In this document: piece after piece, positions 44,431 to 54,719 of the stretch | Layout: the number at the start of each line of letters is the position of its first letter | How positions within the stretch are numbered: position 1 is the stretch's first letter | IMG/VR virus record: IMGVR_UViG_3300006920_000048 | Span: 1-60,593 of that record | Strand: one strand, 5' to 3' | From: a virus | Taxonomy: Duplodnaviria > Caudoviricetes | Length of the DNA: 60,593 nt | Notes under the pieces: generated by a model | The model's database searches: none | The model's input: the letters and a program-made list of their open reading frames with translations, nothing else | What the model was told of the DNA's origin: nothing | Made by a program: the position numbers and the translations under genes

Positions 44431-46223
44431 TGGCCGTCAGAGATCAGCCAACAGTTATTAACGAGGCGATATCCACAGGAGTCGTTCGTATCGAGTTGTT
44501 CGGTGATAAAGTTGTAGCCAGAACACACATACACGAAGCACGGAAACTCACCGCACAACTACGCGCTATGTACGGTGTAACTGAGCGCATAGCCAACGGA
44601 GAGTCTGGTGGGTTTTACCAGCACACAGTCGAACTCCAAGACGGCACTACTATGATCGCCACAACCAATAACGGTCAAGATAGTGTATCCATAATCAGTG
44701 TTGAGAATGCCGAAGATGTGATATCTGAAGTCGAAATAAATCTCGTTGATTACGTTCCGCGTGTCTGGGTTGGTGCGAGAAAGATAAGTGGAGGTGAGGC
44801 TGTCAATACTGGAAAAAGTAACTCTAAAATTCACCTGTGTGTATGGGAGCCTGCCGATGAGTCAAGAACAGATTCAGGCGATAGTGTTTTGATAGTCTCG
44901 AACAGAGACACATTATTTGACACTGTTGACGAGAACGGCGATTTAGTAGACTCAATTGATTTTAGAGATAGTGTGCGCGATGATCGCTCCAAGTTTCCCT
45001 TAGGATGGGTAGAGGATTTTCCAGAGGGTTTGTCCAGATTAGATATTCTTACAGATTTTACTGATGACGATGGCGTATTCTGGGATGTTGTTATAAAAAC
45101 CACAGATGGTGTGATTCCTAGATCAGGTCGATATGACGTCAGATTGATGATTAAAGGAGAGGATTGCTTAGAAACAACACCTGTTGTGGTGGGTGTTAAG
45201 GCTATAGTTTTCGATGAGTTCGGTACTCGTACAGTTAAAGTTTCCACTAAACAAACAATTGACGAGATGACGGACTACAACAAAGTAATTTTCCCAAAGG
45301 GGTGGTTCGCTGGCGGAGAGGATTTTACACAGTCACCTGATGCGTGTGAAGCGTGTGGCGCGGCAGTACCGGACAACGGCACCAACCCGTACTCCAGCCA
45401 GTGGTGGCAGGACGGTATAGTTATGCTTGTATCACCTCCAACAAGCGGACCGACTCCAGATTATGATTTTGTTGGATCTACCGCAGCGCTGACCGCAGGA
45501 TCTGAAAATGGCCCCGCTGTTGGTTTTGATTACGATGGGTCTTTTCCAGGTAGGATCGACAGGGGGTGCTCTGATTGTGTTGTCGTCAATACAATCTACG
45601 GGTTCAGGGTAGAGGGTATTACGCCGACTCATATTGTCAGTGAGCGACCATTAGATGCAGGCAGCATATCACCTAAGTGCCCTCCTGAAGTGGCTCCAGA
45701 GACTTATTTGGGTCTTGAACTCAGGGTTAACAGAGCTATGTTATTCCCTAGCACCTTAATAGCTGCCGGACTTCCATCGTCTGTTGTTGCTAGAGGACGA
45801 GTCAGTCAGATGGAGGTAGCGCTTTCCGCAGTTACTACCCTTGAAGCATGGGAGGCAGGCGCTGCTAATAAAAAAACAGTGTCTGAGTTTAAAGCTGTTG
45901 GCTGGCCTTCAGGGACGTGCACAGTGGTTTTTCCCGCATGGTTTGTAGATTTTAACAATCCTACGGAGTGGGGGCGTGCGTGGCAGACCGCATCTGTACC
46001 GTTTGTTCTGCCAAAACCAGCAGAATTTATGCCTGGAGGTTTTGTATATGACACATCTACAGGTTTTGATGAGTCTCTGTATGTATTTTACAGCTACAAA
46101 GTTTCTAGTAGTGGAGTGGTTGCAAATTCGTTTACACAACTGAAGGTCACACAAGAAGAGTTCAATGAGTTGGCTGCGCAAGACTCGACAGCATGCTCAG
46201 AGAAATTTTTAGTTTTAGGGTGA
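44430..46223 (+). CDS. Virion/tail protein of unknown function
   Basis: 597-aa ORF, TAATG coupling. Confidence 0.65.
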   Translation: MAVRDQPTVINEAISTGVVRIELFGDKVVARTHIHEARKLTAQLRAMYGVTERIANGESGGFYQHTVELQDGTTMIATTNNGQDSVSIISVENAEDVISEVEINLVDYVPRVWVGARKISGGEAVNTGKSNSKIHLCVWEPADESRTDSGDSVLIVSNRDTLFDTVDENGDLVDSIDFRDSVRDDRSKFPLGWVEDFPEGLSRLDILTDFTDDDGVFWDVVIKTTDGVIPRSGRYDVRLMIKGEDCLETTPVVVGVKAIVFDEFGTRTVKVSTKQTIDEMTDYNKVIFPKGWFAGGEDFTQSPDACEACGAAVPDNGTNPYSSQWWQDGIVMLVSPPTSGPTPDYDFVGSTAALTAGSENGPAVGFDYDGSFPGRIDRGCSDCVVVNTIYGFRVEGITPTHIVSERPLDAGSISPKCPPEVAPETYLGLELRVNRAMLFPSTLIAAGLPSSVVARGRVSQMEVALSAVTTLEAWEAGAANKKTVSEFKAVGWPSGTCTVVFPAWFVDFNNPTEWGRAWQTASVPFVLPKPAEFMPGGFVYDTSTGFDESLYVFYSYKVSSSGVVANSFTQLKVTQEEFNELAAQDSTACSEKFLVLG

Positions 46224-46319
46224 TGGTGTATTGTGGTAGGATGTGGTAGGATGTGGTTGTTGAGATGCCTTACACCGGCATATCGAATGCAGTAGGCGAC
46301 GAAAAAGGCTCTGAAATTT

Positions 46320-48290
46320 ATGTCTAAATGTTCTGGATCTGTTGGAAACTTTGTATCCTCTGGGTTTGATACTGGACCTGCGTCAAGAGATACTCAGGCA
46401 CTTGTAACAGATCTGATTGGCGAGACTGGTACATTAGCAATAGAAGCTCAGGATAGAGCGTTAAGGTCAATTGAAAGGCTAGGTGACTTCGCTTTAGACA
46501 TAGAGTTGGTACACACACCGTCAATACCTGTGCCTACGCTACATATATCACCGATAGGTACTGCTCCAGCAGAGCCACCTAATCTGACAACTAACTTCGC
46601 CACAGCTCCATTGGAGCCAACACTAAGTCCGGTGTCAACAATTACAATTGAAGATCCTCCAGAGTTTCTGGATTCAGCTCCGTTGTTGTTGGATATACCT
46701 ATACCAGATCCTTTGAGTGCTGTGCTGCCGGTTGCACCAAGCCTGACGGATGTGGACATACCTGTGTCTCCAGATTACGTACTCCCTGATGTTCCAGTGC
46801 TGGCTGCGTTTAACCTGCCAGATGCGCCAGTGATAGACTTGCCAGTGTTCGATGCTGAAGTGGGCACATTGCCAATAGCACCAGATACTGAATTTGCTTG
46901 GGCTGAGGTTGAGTACAGTACGAATCTGCTGGCTGAGATGAACACTAAACTGTTGGCATTTGTTCAAGGTGACTCAACAGGGTTAGATCCTCTCGTAGAG
47001 GCAGCGATTTACAATAGAGCAAGAGATCGCCAAGCAGAGATAACCCAGGGATCTATTGATGAGGCCAATAGAAATATTGCGTCGAAAGGATTTAGAGTTC
47101 CTAATGGTGTTCTGGTTCGCATCGTGCAGCAAGCACTGCAGGAGCGTCTTCAGAAAGATTCGGACATCTCCAGAGATATAATGATCAAGCAGGCTGAGTT
47201 GGAGCAGTCCAATTTTCAATTCGCATTCACTACTGCAGTTCAGTTGGAATCAAGATTACTTGACCATTTCAATGCTGTGCAGGGGCGTGCGTTTGAAGCT
47301 GAGAAGTTTACATTCCAAGCACTTATAGATATCTTCAACGCCAAAGTATCTCTGTTTGAAGCTGATGTGAAAGCGTTTGGGGTAAAGGTTGAGATATTCA
47401 AATCAAGACTCCAAGCAGAGCTGGCTAGACTTGACATCTACAAAGCTGAGTTGGAAGGTCAGAAACTCATATCTGAGCTTAACGAGAGTCAGGTGAAGGT
47501 CTACACAGCCCAGATAGGTGCTGTTAGTGTTATCGTGGACATATTCAAATCTCAAGTGGAAGCCGCCAAGGTGGAGATCGACGGCCAGAAATCCAAGGTC
47601 GATGTGTATCGAGCGCAGCTACAAGGATATGAGTCCCAAGTATCTGCCAAGACATCAGAGTTCCAAGGGTACGCCACTCGCATACAAGCTGAGGCCACTA
47701 AGGTGGATATGTATGGCACACAAGCTCAAGCGTTCAAAAGTAGGATTGACGCATACAGCGCCCTGGTAACTGCCAAGCTTGGTGAGCAAGAGATTACATT
47801 TAAACAACTGCAAGAATTTCCTATTGAGATTTTCAAACAGAGAATCGCGGCGCACCAGTCAAATGTCCAAGCTGAAGCAGCAAGGGTAGAGGCTGTTGCA
47901 AATGTGTTCAAGACAAGAGTTGATGCGTTCGTAGCTGAAGAAGGTGCCAAGTCCACAAACATAGGTGCTCAGGTTGCTGTTCTGGAAGCCACCACTAACG
48001 TAGCTGTGGAGCAGTCCAAACTAGCTATTCAAGCATCTCAGACCAACACTCAGTTGGCGCTGTCTGCTAGTGAGACGGCGCAGGCATCACTGAGGGCGGC
48101 TGGCCAGCTGGCGGGTCAATTAGCTGCGGCGGCCTTAGCCGCCAGAAACGTAAGCGCTTCATTAAGCAGTTCTGACAGCTTCGGAGATTCTAGGTCGACG
48201 TCATCATCAGAAAGCACTTCAAAAAGTAGCAGTTGTAGTGACTCATTTTCTGATGTGGTTGTTACAACAGTAGACGGCGGAGGAACATAA
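46320..48290 (+). CDS. Virion protein with Pro-rich N-half and long coiled coil (internal/ejection protein candidate)
   Basis: Pro-rich segment, heptad-rich segment, Ser-rich tail. Confidence 0.65.
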   Translation: MSKCSGSVGNFVSSGFDTGPASRDTQALVTDLIGETGTLAIEAQDRALRSIERLGDFALDIELVHTPSIPVPTLHISPIGTAPAEPPNLTTNFATAPLEPTLSPVSTITIEDPPEFLDSAPLLLDIPIPDPLSAVLPVAPSLTDVDIPVSPDYVLPDVPVLAAFNLPDAPVIDLPVFDAEVGTLPIAPDTEFAWAEVEYSTNLLAEMNTKLLAFVQGDSTGLDPLVEAAIYNRARDRQAEITQGSIDEANRNIASKGFRVPNGVLVRIVQQALQERLQKDSDISRDIMIKQAELEQSNFQFAFTTAVQLESRLLDHFNAVQGRAFEAEKFTFQALIDIFNAKVSLFEADVKAFGVKVEIFKSRLQAELARLDIYKAELEGQKLISELNESQVKVYTAQIGAVSVIVDIFKSQVEAAKVEIDGQKSKVDVYRAQLQGYESQVSAKTSEFQGYATRIQAEATKVDMYGTQAQAFKSRIDAYSALVTAKLGEQEITFKQLQEFPIEIFKQRIAAHQSNVQAEAARVEAVANVFKTRVDAFVAEEGAKSTNIGAQVAVLEATTNVAVEQSKLAIQASQTNTQLALSASETAQASLRAAGQLAGQLAAAALAARNVSASLSSSDSFGDSRSTSSSESTSKSSSCSDSFSDVVVTTVDGGGT

Positions 48291-48520
48291 TGTCTTCAGT
48301 AATTCAATCCGTAAAGAATACACAGCTGGGCCTTAAGTCAGGTATCACATCAGGTGTCCAAGCCAGTGTAAAGAACACCCAAAAGAAGCTAAAGCAGGAT
48401 CTTGGTCTAACAGCAAGATTACCTAGATTGGCAGATCCGCTAGGGGCGATACGAGGAGCTGGTGGTACTGTGAGTGCCTTGGACTTCGCTGATGGTACGG
48501 ACTCGGAAGGGTTGCTGTAG
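48290..48520 (+). CDS. Small hypothetical protein
   Basis: GGAGG RBS, TAATG coupling. Confidence 0.6.
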   Translation: MSSVIQSVKNTQLGLKSGITSGVQASVKNTQKKLKQDLGLTARLPRLADPLGAIRGAGGTVSALDFADGTDSEGLL

Positions 48521-48545
48521 ACTTACAAAATAATTGGAGATTGAC

Positions 48546-49523
48546 ATGGCTACACCGAAGGAAGAGATAGATAGAATACTCAATGCTCAGGGTGGTGCCA
48601 AGGTGCCGAATCTCCTGGCTAGAAACACGATTGATGTAAATAACGGAGGGGCTATTCCAGGTAGAGGCATTGGCGCTGATATAGTTAAGGGCGTGAATCT
48701 GGTTGGTAAGATACCCGGAACATTGGCACAACTTACACCGCAGGAGCTTGGTAGAGGTGCTGGAAAAGTCGCCGCTGATATAACTGATGTGGTGACTGGT
48801 GGCCCTGGTCAACGCCTATTAGGTTCCGCTCTTCAGGCAGCAAGACCTGGACTTGTCGCGTTCAATGAGGGCTTTACAGGTCGGACAGCAGGCCAACCAG
48901 CGGCAGGCCCCGATACAGTCCAGCCAACACGACTTGGAGCTGTTGAAACACCGCAAGCCACACAAGTGCAGGAACAGGTACGGGCCGCAGTAGCGCAGCC
49001 ACAGCCAGCGTTCGCTAGACAGCCAGCAGCACGTGACAGCGCTCAAGGATTCCTCGACACGGTTGCCGGAAACAGACAATCACTCATCAACGCTGGCGGC
49101 ATTGATGTGATTAGAGGGATGCAGACATCCATCGACACCCCGCTGCAGTCTAAGTTTGGGTTTACAAGCACGCCGACATCACAACTATCCCCTGGTGGGT
49201 TCCTTGGCGCTCGCAGGATTTCCGAGGCTGGAGGCTCTCCAGCCGTTGCTGCTGCCGCATTACAGGCTGGTGCAACGGAACGATCCGCAGGTATCCGCGC
49301 AGGTGCCGCGATAGAAGCGGCAAGATTGAGGGCAGAGGCTCTGGGTCTAGGTGCTGTCGGCAAACCACCGACGACAGATGCCGGTATAGTGGAGCAAATA
49401 AACTTCAGACTGGCTTCAGGCACTGATGCGAATGGAAACCCTCTTACGCCAGAAGATAGAGCTGTGCTTTTGAGCAATAAGAAGCAGATCCAACAGACCA
49501 ACCCTTCACTAGCGTTCCAATAA
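48546..49523 (+). CDS. Putative internal virion (ejection) protein
   Basis: Ala/Gly/Gln-rich; GGAG RBS; precedes giant ORF. Confidence 0.6.
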   Translation: MATPKEEIDRILNAQGGAKVPNLLARNTIDVNNGGAIPGRGIGADIVKGVNLVGKIPGTLAQLTPQELGRGAGKVAADITDVVTGGPGQRLLGSALQAARPGLVAFNEGFTGRTAGQPAAGPDTVQPTRLGAVETPQATQVQEQVRAAVAQPQPAFARQPAARDSAQGFLDTVAGNRQSLINAGGIDVIRGMQTSIDTPLQSKFGFTSTPTSQLSPGGFLGARRISEAGGSPAVAAAALQAGATERSAGIRAGAAIEAARLRAEALGLGAVGKPPTTDAGIVEQINFRLASGTDANGNPLTPEDRAVLLSNKKQIQQTNPSLAFQ

Positions 49524-49535
49524 GAAGACACCAAT

Positions 49536-52500
49536 ATGTCAACACCATCATCTGAACTTGACAGACTCTTGGGCAGGGCACCAGCAAAGAAGACGACCTC
49601 AACCGACCCTTTGTTAACACCATTGCCAGGATTGCCACCGCCAGCTACAGGTAACGGGTCTATTCTTAATGTTGTTAAGGATCTACCTAAATTTGCATTG
49701 TCTGGTGCCCAGAGTTTAGTGGCTGACACAGGGGCCATTGCCGAGGGCGCAGGTGCGTTCTTGCGTGACCCAACACTTGAGGCAAAGGGCAAGGCTTTCC
49801 GGGAATCTCAGACAGCCAAAATCGCTGAGCGTACTGAGACACTCTCACCAGAGAGTCAGCGTGTAGCAGGGGCAGGTATCACAGATATCGGATTGTTTGG
49901 CGGTAACGTACCCACCGGACAGTTCTTGTTGGGAAAGACAGCTGAACTGTTGCCAGGAACGTTGGCAGGTGGCGCTATAGGTAAAGGCTTACAAATAGCC
50001 ACTAAAGGAGCTATTGGCATTGGCGCTGGATCAGCTGTTGGCGAGTCGTTGGTATCTGCCCCAAGTGGTGCAGCGCAACAGGCTCGCAACATTGACTCCA
50101 CAAGTACAGAACAGTTATTGAAGGACTCTTCACAATTTAAAGCAGCATTTGATAAAAACGCGCATCTTTCTCCTGAAGAGCAGGACGCTGCCGCTCGATC
50201 AGAGTTAAAAGGCTTGGCCATCCCAACAGGTGCCTTGGCTTCAGCTCTGTCAGTGGCAGCAGGTTCTGCACTGGCCAACAGGGTATCCAAAGGAGCGGCT
50301 GGTGGTGTGTTCAGTGAAGCAGCAGATACTGCACAAGGAGTCATTTCTGGTACGCTCGGTGGTGCTAGACGTGAGGCTATACAAGAGGTTGCTCAATCAA
50401 CACTTGAATCAATCGCTGCAGATACCGTCACCGCCAAATTTGTAGATCCGGTAGCAGCGCAGTTGGACGGCATGATTAAGCGTGCAGGATTGGCAGCTCT
50501 TGAAGGTGCTGTGCTTGGTGGAACAGTCGGTGGCGTCATCGGTGGCGTCCAAGGTAAGCTGAATAAGGATGCTGCGAATAAGGTTGAAAAAGCCAGAGAG
50601 ATTGTAAAGGCTCAGGAGGCAGAAGCCAAGAAAGCCGTTGTTGGAGGAACAGCTGAAGCTGGCGCTGCTGCTGAGCCTGCGGCTACGCCACAAGCAACCA
50701 AAACAGCCGGACGTATTGTAAAGCAAGTGCTGGATATTCCAAATGAAAAGTCCAAAGTTGATGTGAATGGCCTGCGTGCCACTGCAGCGACATTAGCAGA
50801 GACTTCGCCTAAAGTGTTTGAAGAGATAGCAAACACTCTTGGGTTCAGTAAGAATATATCAATCGCGGATAAGTTGGAGCAGTTTAACATCGCAGTGGAT
50901 AAGCAATCTGGGCAATCCCCGGACACACGCAACCTATCTGTGGAGCAACGTCAGGCCAGAGAAGCCGCAGCAGCAGAGGCCAATGCAGAACCCCAAGGGT
51001 TGCCTGAAGGTGTAGAGGCCAACACCGTACGGGCTGCGCGTGAGGTTAAAGAAGCTGGGCCACGTCTTCCAAAGTCAACACGTGTTGAGCTTGAAAAGAT
51101 AGCTGCTGATCCTGATCCTATTGCGCGTGCAATAGCGTACAGCGAGGTGGTCAATCGCATAGGTGAAAGTGGTAAGAATCAGAAGGGTTTGGATGCTGCA
51201 GGAATTTTACTGGAAAAAGCACAAGCAGAAGTTCAATCGAATGAAGGTGTTGCACCAGCTGATTTAGCACCTGTAGATATTGCCGAAAAATTGGCGCCAA
51301 AAACTGACCCTGAAGCGGTAGGGTTTGACGATGTTAATTTCCAGACACCTACAGCTGTAAATGGTGAGATCCCATCAATCAACGACATCCCTGCCATACC
51401 GGAGACAGAGAACCTAACAGCTGCCAGTGTCGTGTTGCCGGAGGGCGCTCAATCACCTAACGTGGCAGAGATTGATAGTGCCAGAGCCACAGTGCAGACC
51501 GAAGGCGCTGCTGAGTCACAGGCTGTCGTTGCTGAGCAGGCAGCGGTTATAGAGCAAGCACAGGCTGTTGAGACGGCTGCAGCTGTTGAGCAGGTAGTTG
51601 GTGTAGAGCAAGCACAGGCTACTGAGCAAGTTGCGGAACAAGCTCAAATACTTCCAGAGGCTACCAAAGAGATTGCAGCGAACGCTGCAGTCGAGCAGGA
51701 TGCTCTGACACCGAAATCACTGAAGAGGAAATCAACCAAACAACTAAAGGCTATTGCCGCATCTGTAGGTAGTCAAGTAGAGAGCGACAAAAGGTCAGAA
51801 CTTATCGCCGACATTGTTAGTAGGGCTGAGGTTGGTGCGCCAATACAAGAAGCACCAGCACCAATACAAGAAGCACCAGCGCCATCGTCAGCACAAGATC
51901 CTGTAGTGCAGGTTCCTGGCATAGGTGTTGTAAACACATCCACGCGAAGCTTATCTGGGCTTACAGCCAGATCACTTGGTAGAGTAGCCAAAGCACTTGG
52001 AGTACCTCGTAACAAGGCCAAGAAGACTGAGTTTGTGAAAGCTATTCGTCAAGTGTTGATAGACAGCGTGGCTCCAGCTCCTGTACAACAGGCCGCACAA
52101 CAGGCCGCACAACAGGCCGCACAACCATCGACACCACCAGTAGTGTCAGACGCAGTACTTGCCACGATAACCAAAACACCAACACCTGTTGTGGATAACC
52201 TAGACAGCACACAGATTCGCCCTGAGACTGAGCAGGAGAAACAGCATAGGGTTGAACCTGTGCAAGTTATAACCACACCATTTACTGGCGAGGCTATCAC
52301 TGAGGCACGTATTAAATTCGGTGGCCCTGTGACGAGTGCTGCAGAGCGTGCCAGGAACAGACTAGGCGAGACCCACTTCGGCGATGACATTGAAGATATG
52401 GCAGCGGTTAACGCACTGAATGTTGACATCGAAGGCATGACTCTACCTCAAGCCAAGGAAGCTCTTCTGGCTGAGTTAGCAAGAGTTACTGCGTCAGGAA

Positions 52501-54719
52501 AGAGCATCGCACCTAACAACAGCATACTTTTCGCTGAGAAGAAAGAGCTTACAACTGATGCTGTGGCAAAAATTGCAGATGAGTTGATAAACAGCGCCGC
52601 CCCTGATCAATACGTAGCGTTGAATAATCTGTATCTGAAGTACCCGGATGTGGTTCAAACCCAGCTAGAGCGTGAAGCAAGACAAGCTAACCCGGATCTG
52701 GAAAACGCACTGGTGGAGATAAGCCTGGAACTTGACAAGGCCAACAACATACCACTTGAGTTTGCAGAGGAAGTGCTTGAGGATTACAACTCACTTACAG
52801 ACCAGCAGGCAGAGGACATCTTAATTGAGTCACTGCCAGACACCACCTCCAGAGGTATTCGGGCCAGCTTCTCAGACACTACAAATGGTGCTGGCATGAC
52901 GGTATCCCAGGTTAAAGCAGCGTTGTCCAAGCTGACCGGCCAAGGGTTTGTGCGTATTAATGTTGTCCAATCACAATCTCAACTACCGCCAAACGCCAAG
53001 AAGTTTGTTCAAGAGCAAGGTATTGAGACATCAGTTCGCGGATTGTTTGTACCTGGAGCTACAGCATCTCAAGACAAGATATTCATCATTGCAGAAAACA
53101 TAAAATCTGCTGATGGCGTTGTGTTCGTAGCACTACATGAAGCAGTTCATCGAGGTCTGGTTAAGACATTTGGGCCAAAATTAAGAAAAGTCCTGAACAC
53201 CATTCACGACGGCAATGCGACAGTTCGTGCGCAGGTAGATGCGCGTGTTGCAGCTAATCCAAACACACCTCGATTAACACATACCGAAGAAGTGCTGGCT
53301 GATATGGCCAGAGAAGGCAGCGCCAAAAATCTTAATCAGTGGGACAAGATAGTATCTTTCATTGCCAAGTTCCTGTCCAATTTAGGGTTCACTATACCGA
53401 TATCAGATGCGATTGTTGAACAGGTGGTTGCTGGGGCTAAGCGGTCTGGTCTTGAAGCTGACAACACAAGCATTCCTCAAGACACCGAGGCTTTCATGCG
53501 CCAGACACAAGATATACGTGCCAGCGTCAGACCTGATGATGGGCCGGTGCATACCATGGATAAGGTTGATGGCGTCTTGAATGATATGATCAAGTACGCT
53601 GAGTCATCAGCACCGTCGATAAAAGGCTGGCTGCACAGAAAGAATTTGTACTTCTCCACAGGTGCCCACATAGCTGAATTCTATGGTCGTATCCTTGGTA
53701 AGTTGATGGGGCCACAGGTTAAGGCAGCGATTGACGTGATCGAAGCTGCTAACGGCAGAGCTAGTGCGTTGGTGAACAAGCTGAACAAAGACACCTCCAT
53801 CATTGAGAAAGAGATGTCGGCGTTGTCTGAGAAGAATCAATCAACCTTGTACGAGTTGATGGGCGAGTCTACCCGCATGGGTATTTTCCCTAACAAGCCT
53901 TTTCATGAGCAGGAGTGGCTCACACTTAACCAGGATCGTGCCGATATCGCACGAGCACGAGAACAACATGCCAAACTCGCTGCGATTTACAACAACAACC
54001 CTGAAGTTGCTAAGGTGTATGATCGAGCGTTGGCACACAATAATCGTGATTTCGCTACAGCCTACGCATCTATTCTTAAGACACTGGCATTCTCATTCGA
54101 CGCGCCAGCTAACATCGTCGCAGGGTTAGATCCTAATTTGGAGTTGAGTGTTGATCCAAACATCAGATCTAAGTTTGCTGAAGGTGTCCAGTTGGCAGAG
54201 CTGTGGATGAGAACCCAAGCTGACTTCCAAGGTGCTGAAGCTCTGGTATCCATGCAGGAGTTCAGAACCAACCGAGGCCAAGGCCCGTATTTCCACCTAG
54301 GTAGATTCGGTAGCCACTTCATCCGGTTTAAAGTAGCGAACAATCCTGAAGCTCAGGCAGCAGTGAGTGCTGCACTGGCTGAGACCAAGCAGGATGAGGC
54401 TGCGTACGTGTCTGAAAACGCTGATAGTGTGTTCATGCGATTTGAGCACGAGCAACAACACCTTCAGAATACAGAGCTTCTACAAAAACTTCAAAAGGAT
54501 GGCCATCTTGAATCTATGACATCTGGAAAGCTTGAAGAGAACATGCAGAAGCTGGACACAGGCTCACTCACTTTTGTGCAGAACTTGCTTGGCAGAATTG
54601 ATACCGACATCACGCTGTCTGAAGATCCTGAAGCCTTGAAGATGACCAAGGAGACACTCCGCAGAACGATTGTAGAGATGATGCCTGAAGTAACCGGCAG
54701 CAAACCTTGCCAGACGTAA
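49536..54719 (+). CDS. Large polyvalent internal virion protein, N-terminal part (HExxH peptidase-like and PLxRFG-type domains)
   Basis: ALHEAVHRGL...TEEVLADMA; GPYFHLGRFG. Confidence 0.8.
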   Translation: MSTPSSELDRLLGRAPAKKTTSTDPLLTPLPGLPPPATGNGSILNVVKDLPKFALSGAQSLVADTGAIAEGAGAFLRDPTLEAKGKAFRESQTAKIAERTETLSPESQRVAGAGITDIGLFGGNVPTGQFLLGKTAELLPGTLAGGAIGKGLQIATKGAIGIGAGSAVGESLVSAPSGAAQQARNIDSTSTEQLLKDSSQFKAAFDKNAHLSPEEQDAAARSELKGLAIPTGALASALSVAAGSALANRVSKGAAGGVFSEAADTAQGVISGTLGGARREAIQEVAQSTLESIAADTVTAKFVDPVAAQLDGMIKRAGLAALEGAVLGGTVGGVIGGVQGKLNKDAANKVEKAREIVKAQEAEAKKAVVGGTAEAGAAAEPAATPQATKTAGRIVKQVLDIPNEKSKVDVNGLRATAATLAETSPKVFEEIANTLGFSKNISIADKLEQFNIAVDKQSGQSPDTRNLSVEQRQAREAAAAEANAEPQGLPEGVEANTVRAAREVKEAGPRLPKSTRVELEKIAADPDPIARAIAYSEVVNRIGESGKNQKGLDAAGILLEKAQAEVQSNEGVAPADLAPVDIAEKLAPKTDPEAVGFDDVNFQTPTAVNGEIPSINDIPAIPETENLTAASVVLPEGAQSPNVAEIDSARATVQTEGAAESQAVVAEQAAVIEQAQAVETAAAVEQVVGVEQAQATEQVAEQAQILPEATKEIAANAAVEQDALTPKSLKRKSTKQLKAIAASVGSQVESDKRSELIADIVSRAEVGAPIQEAPAPIQEAPAPSSAQDPVVQVPGIGVVNTSTRSLSGLTARSLGRVAKALGVPRNKAKKTEFVKAIRQVLIDSVAPAPVQQAAQQAAQQAAQPSTPPVVSDAVLATITKTPTPVVDNLDSTQIRPETEQEKQHRVEPVQVITTPFTGEAITEARIKFGGPVTSAAERARNRLGETHFGDDIEDMAAVNALNVDIEGMTLPQAKEALLAELARVTASGKSIAPNNSILFAEKKELTTDAVAKIADELINSAAPDQYVALNNLYLKYPDVVQTQLEREARQANPDLENALVEISLELDKANNIPLEFAEEVLEDYNSLTDQQAEDILIESLPDTTSRGIRASFSDTTNGAGMTVSQVKAALSKLTGQGFVRINVVQSQSQLPPNAKKFVQEQGIETSVRGLFVPGATASQDKIFIIAENIKSADGVVFVALHEAVHRGLVKTFGPKLRKVLNTIHDGNATVRAQVDARVAANPNTPRLTHTEEVLADMAREGSAKNLNQWDKIVSFIAKFLSNLGFTIPISDAIVEQVVAGAKRSGLEADNTSIPQDTEAFMRQTQDIRASVRPDDGPVHTMDKVDGVLNDMIKYAESSAPSIKGWLHRKNLYFSTGAHIAEFYGRILGKLMGPQVKAAIDVIEAANGRASALVNKLNKDTSIIEKEMSALSEKNQSTLYELMGESTRMGIFPNKPFHEQEWLTLNQDRADIARAREQHAKLAAIYNNNPEVAKVYDRALAHNNRDFATAYASILKTLAFSFDAPANIVAGLDPNLELSVDPNIRSKFAEGVQLAELWMRTQADFQGAEALVSMQEFRTNRGQGPYFHLGRFGSHFIRFKVANNPEAQAAVSAALAETKQDEAAYVSENADSVFMRFEHEQQHLQNTELLQKLQKDGHLESMTSGKLEENMQKLDTGSLTFVQNLLGRIDTDITLSEDPEALKMTKETLRRTIVEMMPEVTGSKPCQT

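Noticed and set aside
46224-46319. tgtggtagga tandem repeat and weak hairpin as an ncRNA or tRNA
   Set aside because: Only about 2.5 copies of 10 nt and no cloverleaf; at most an extended -10-like element
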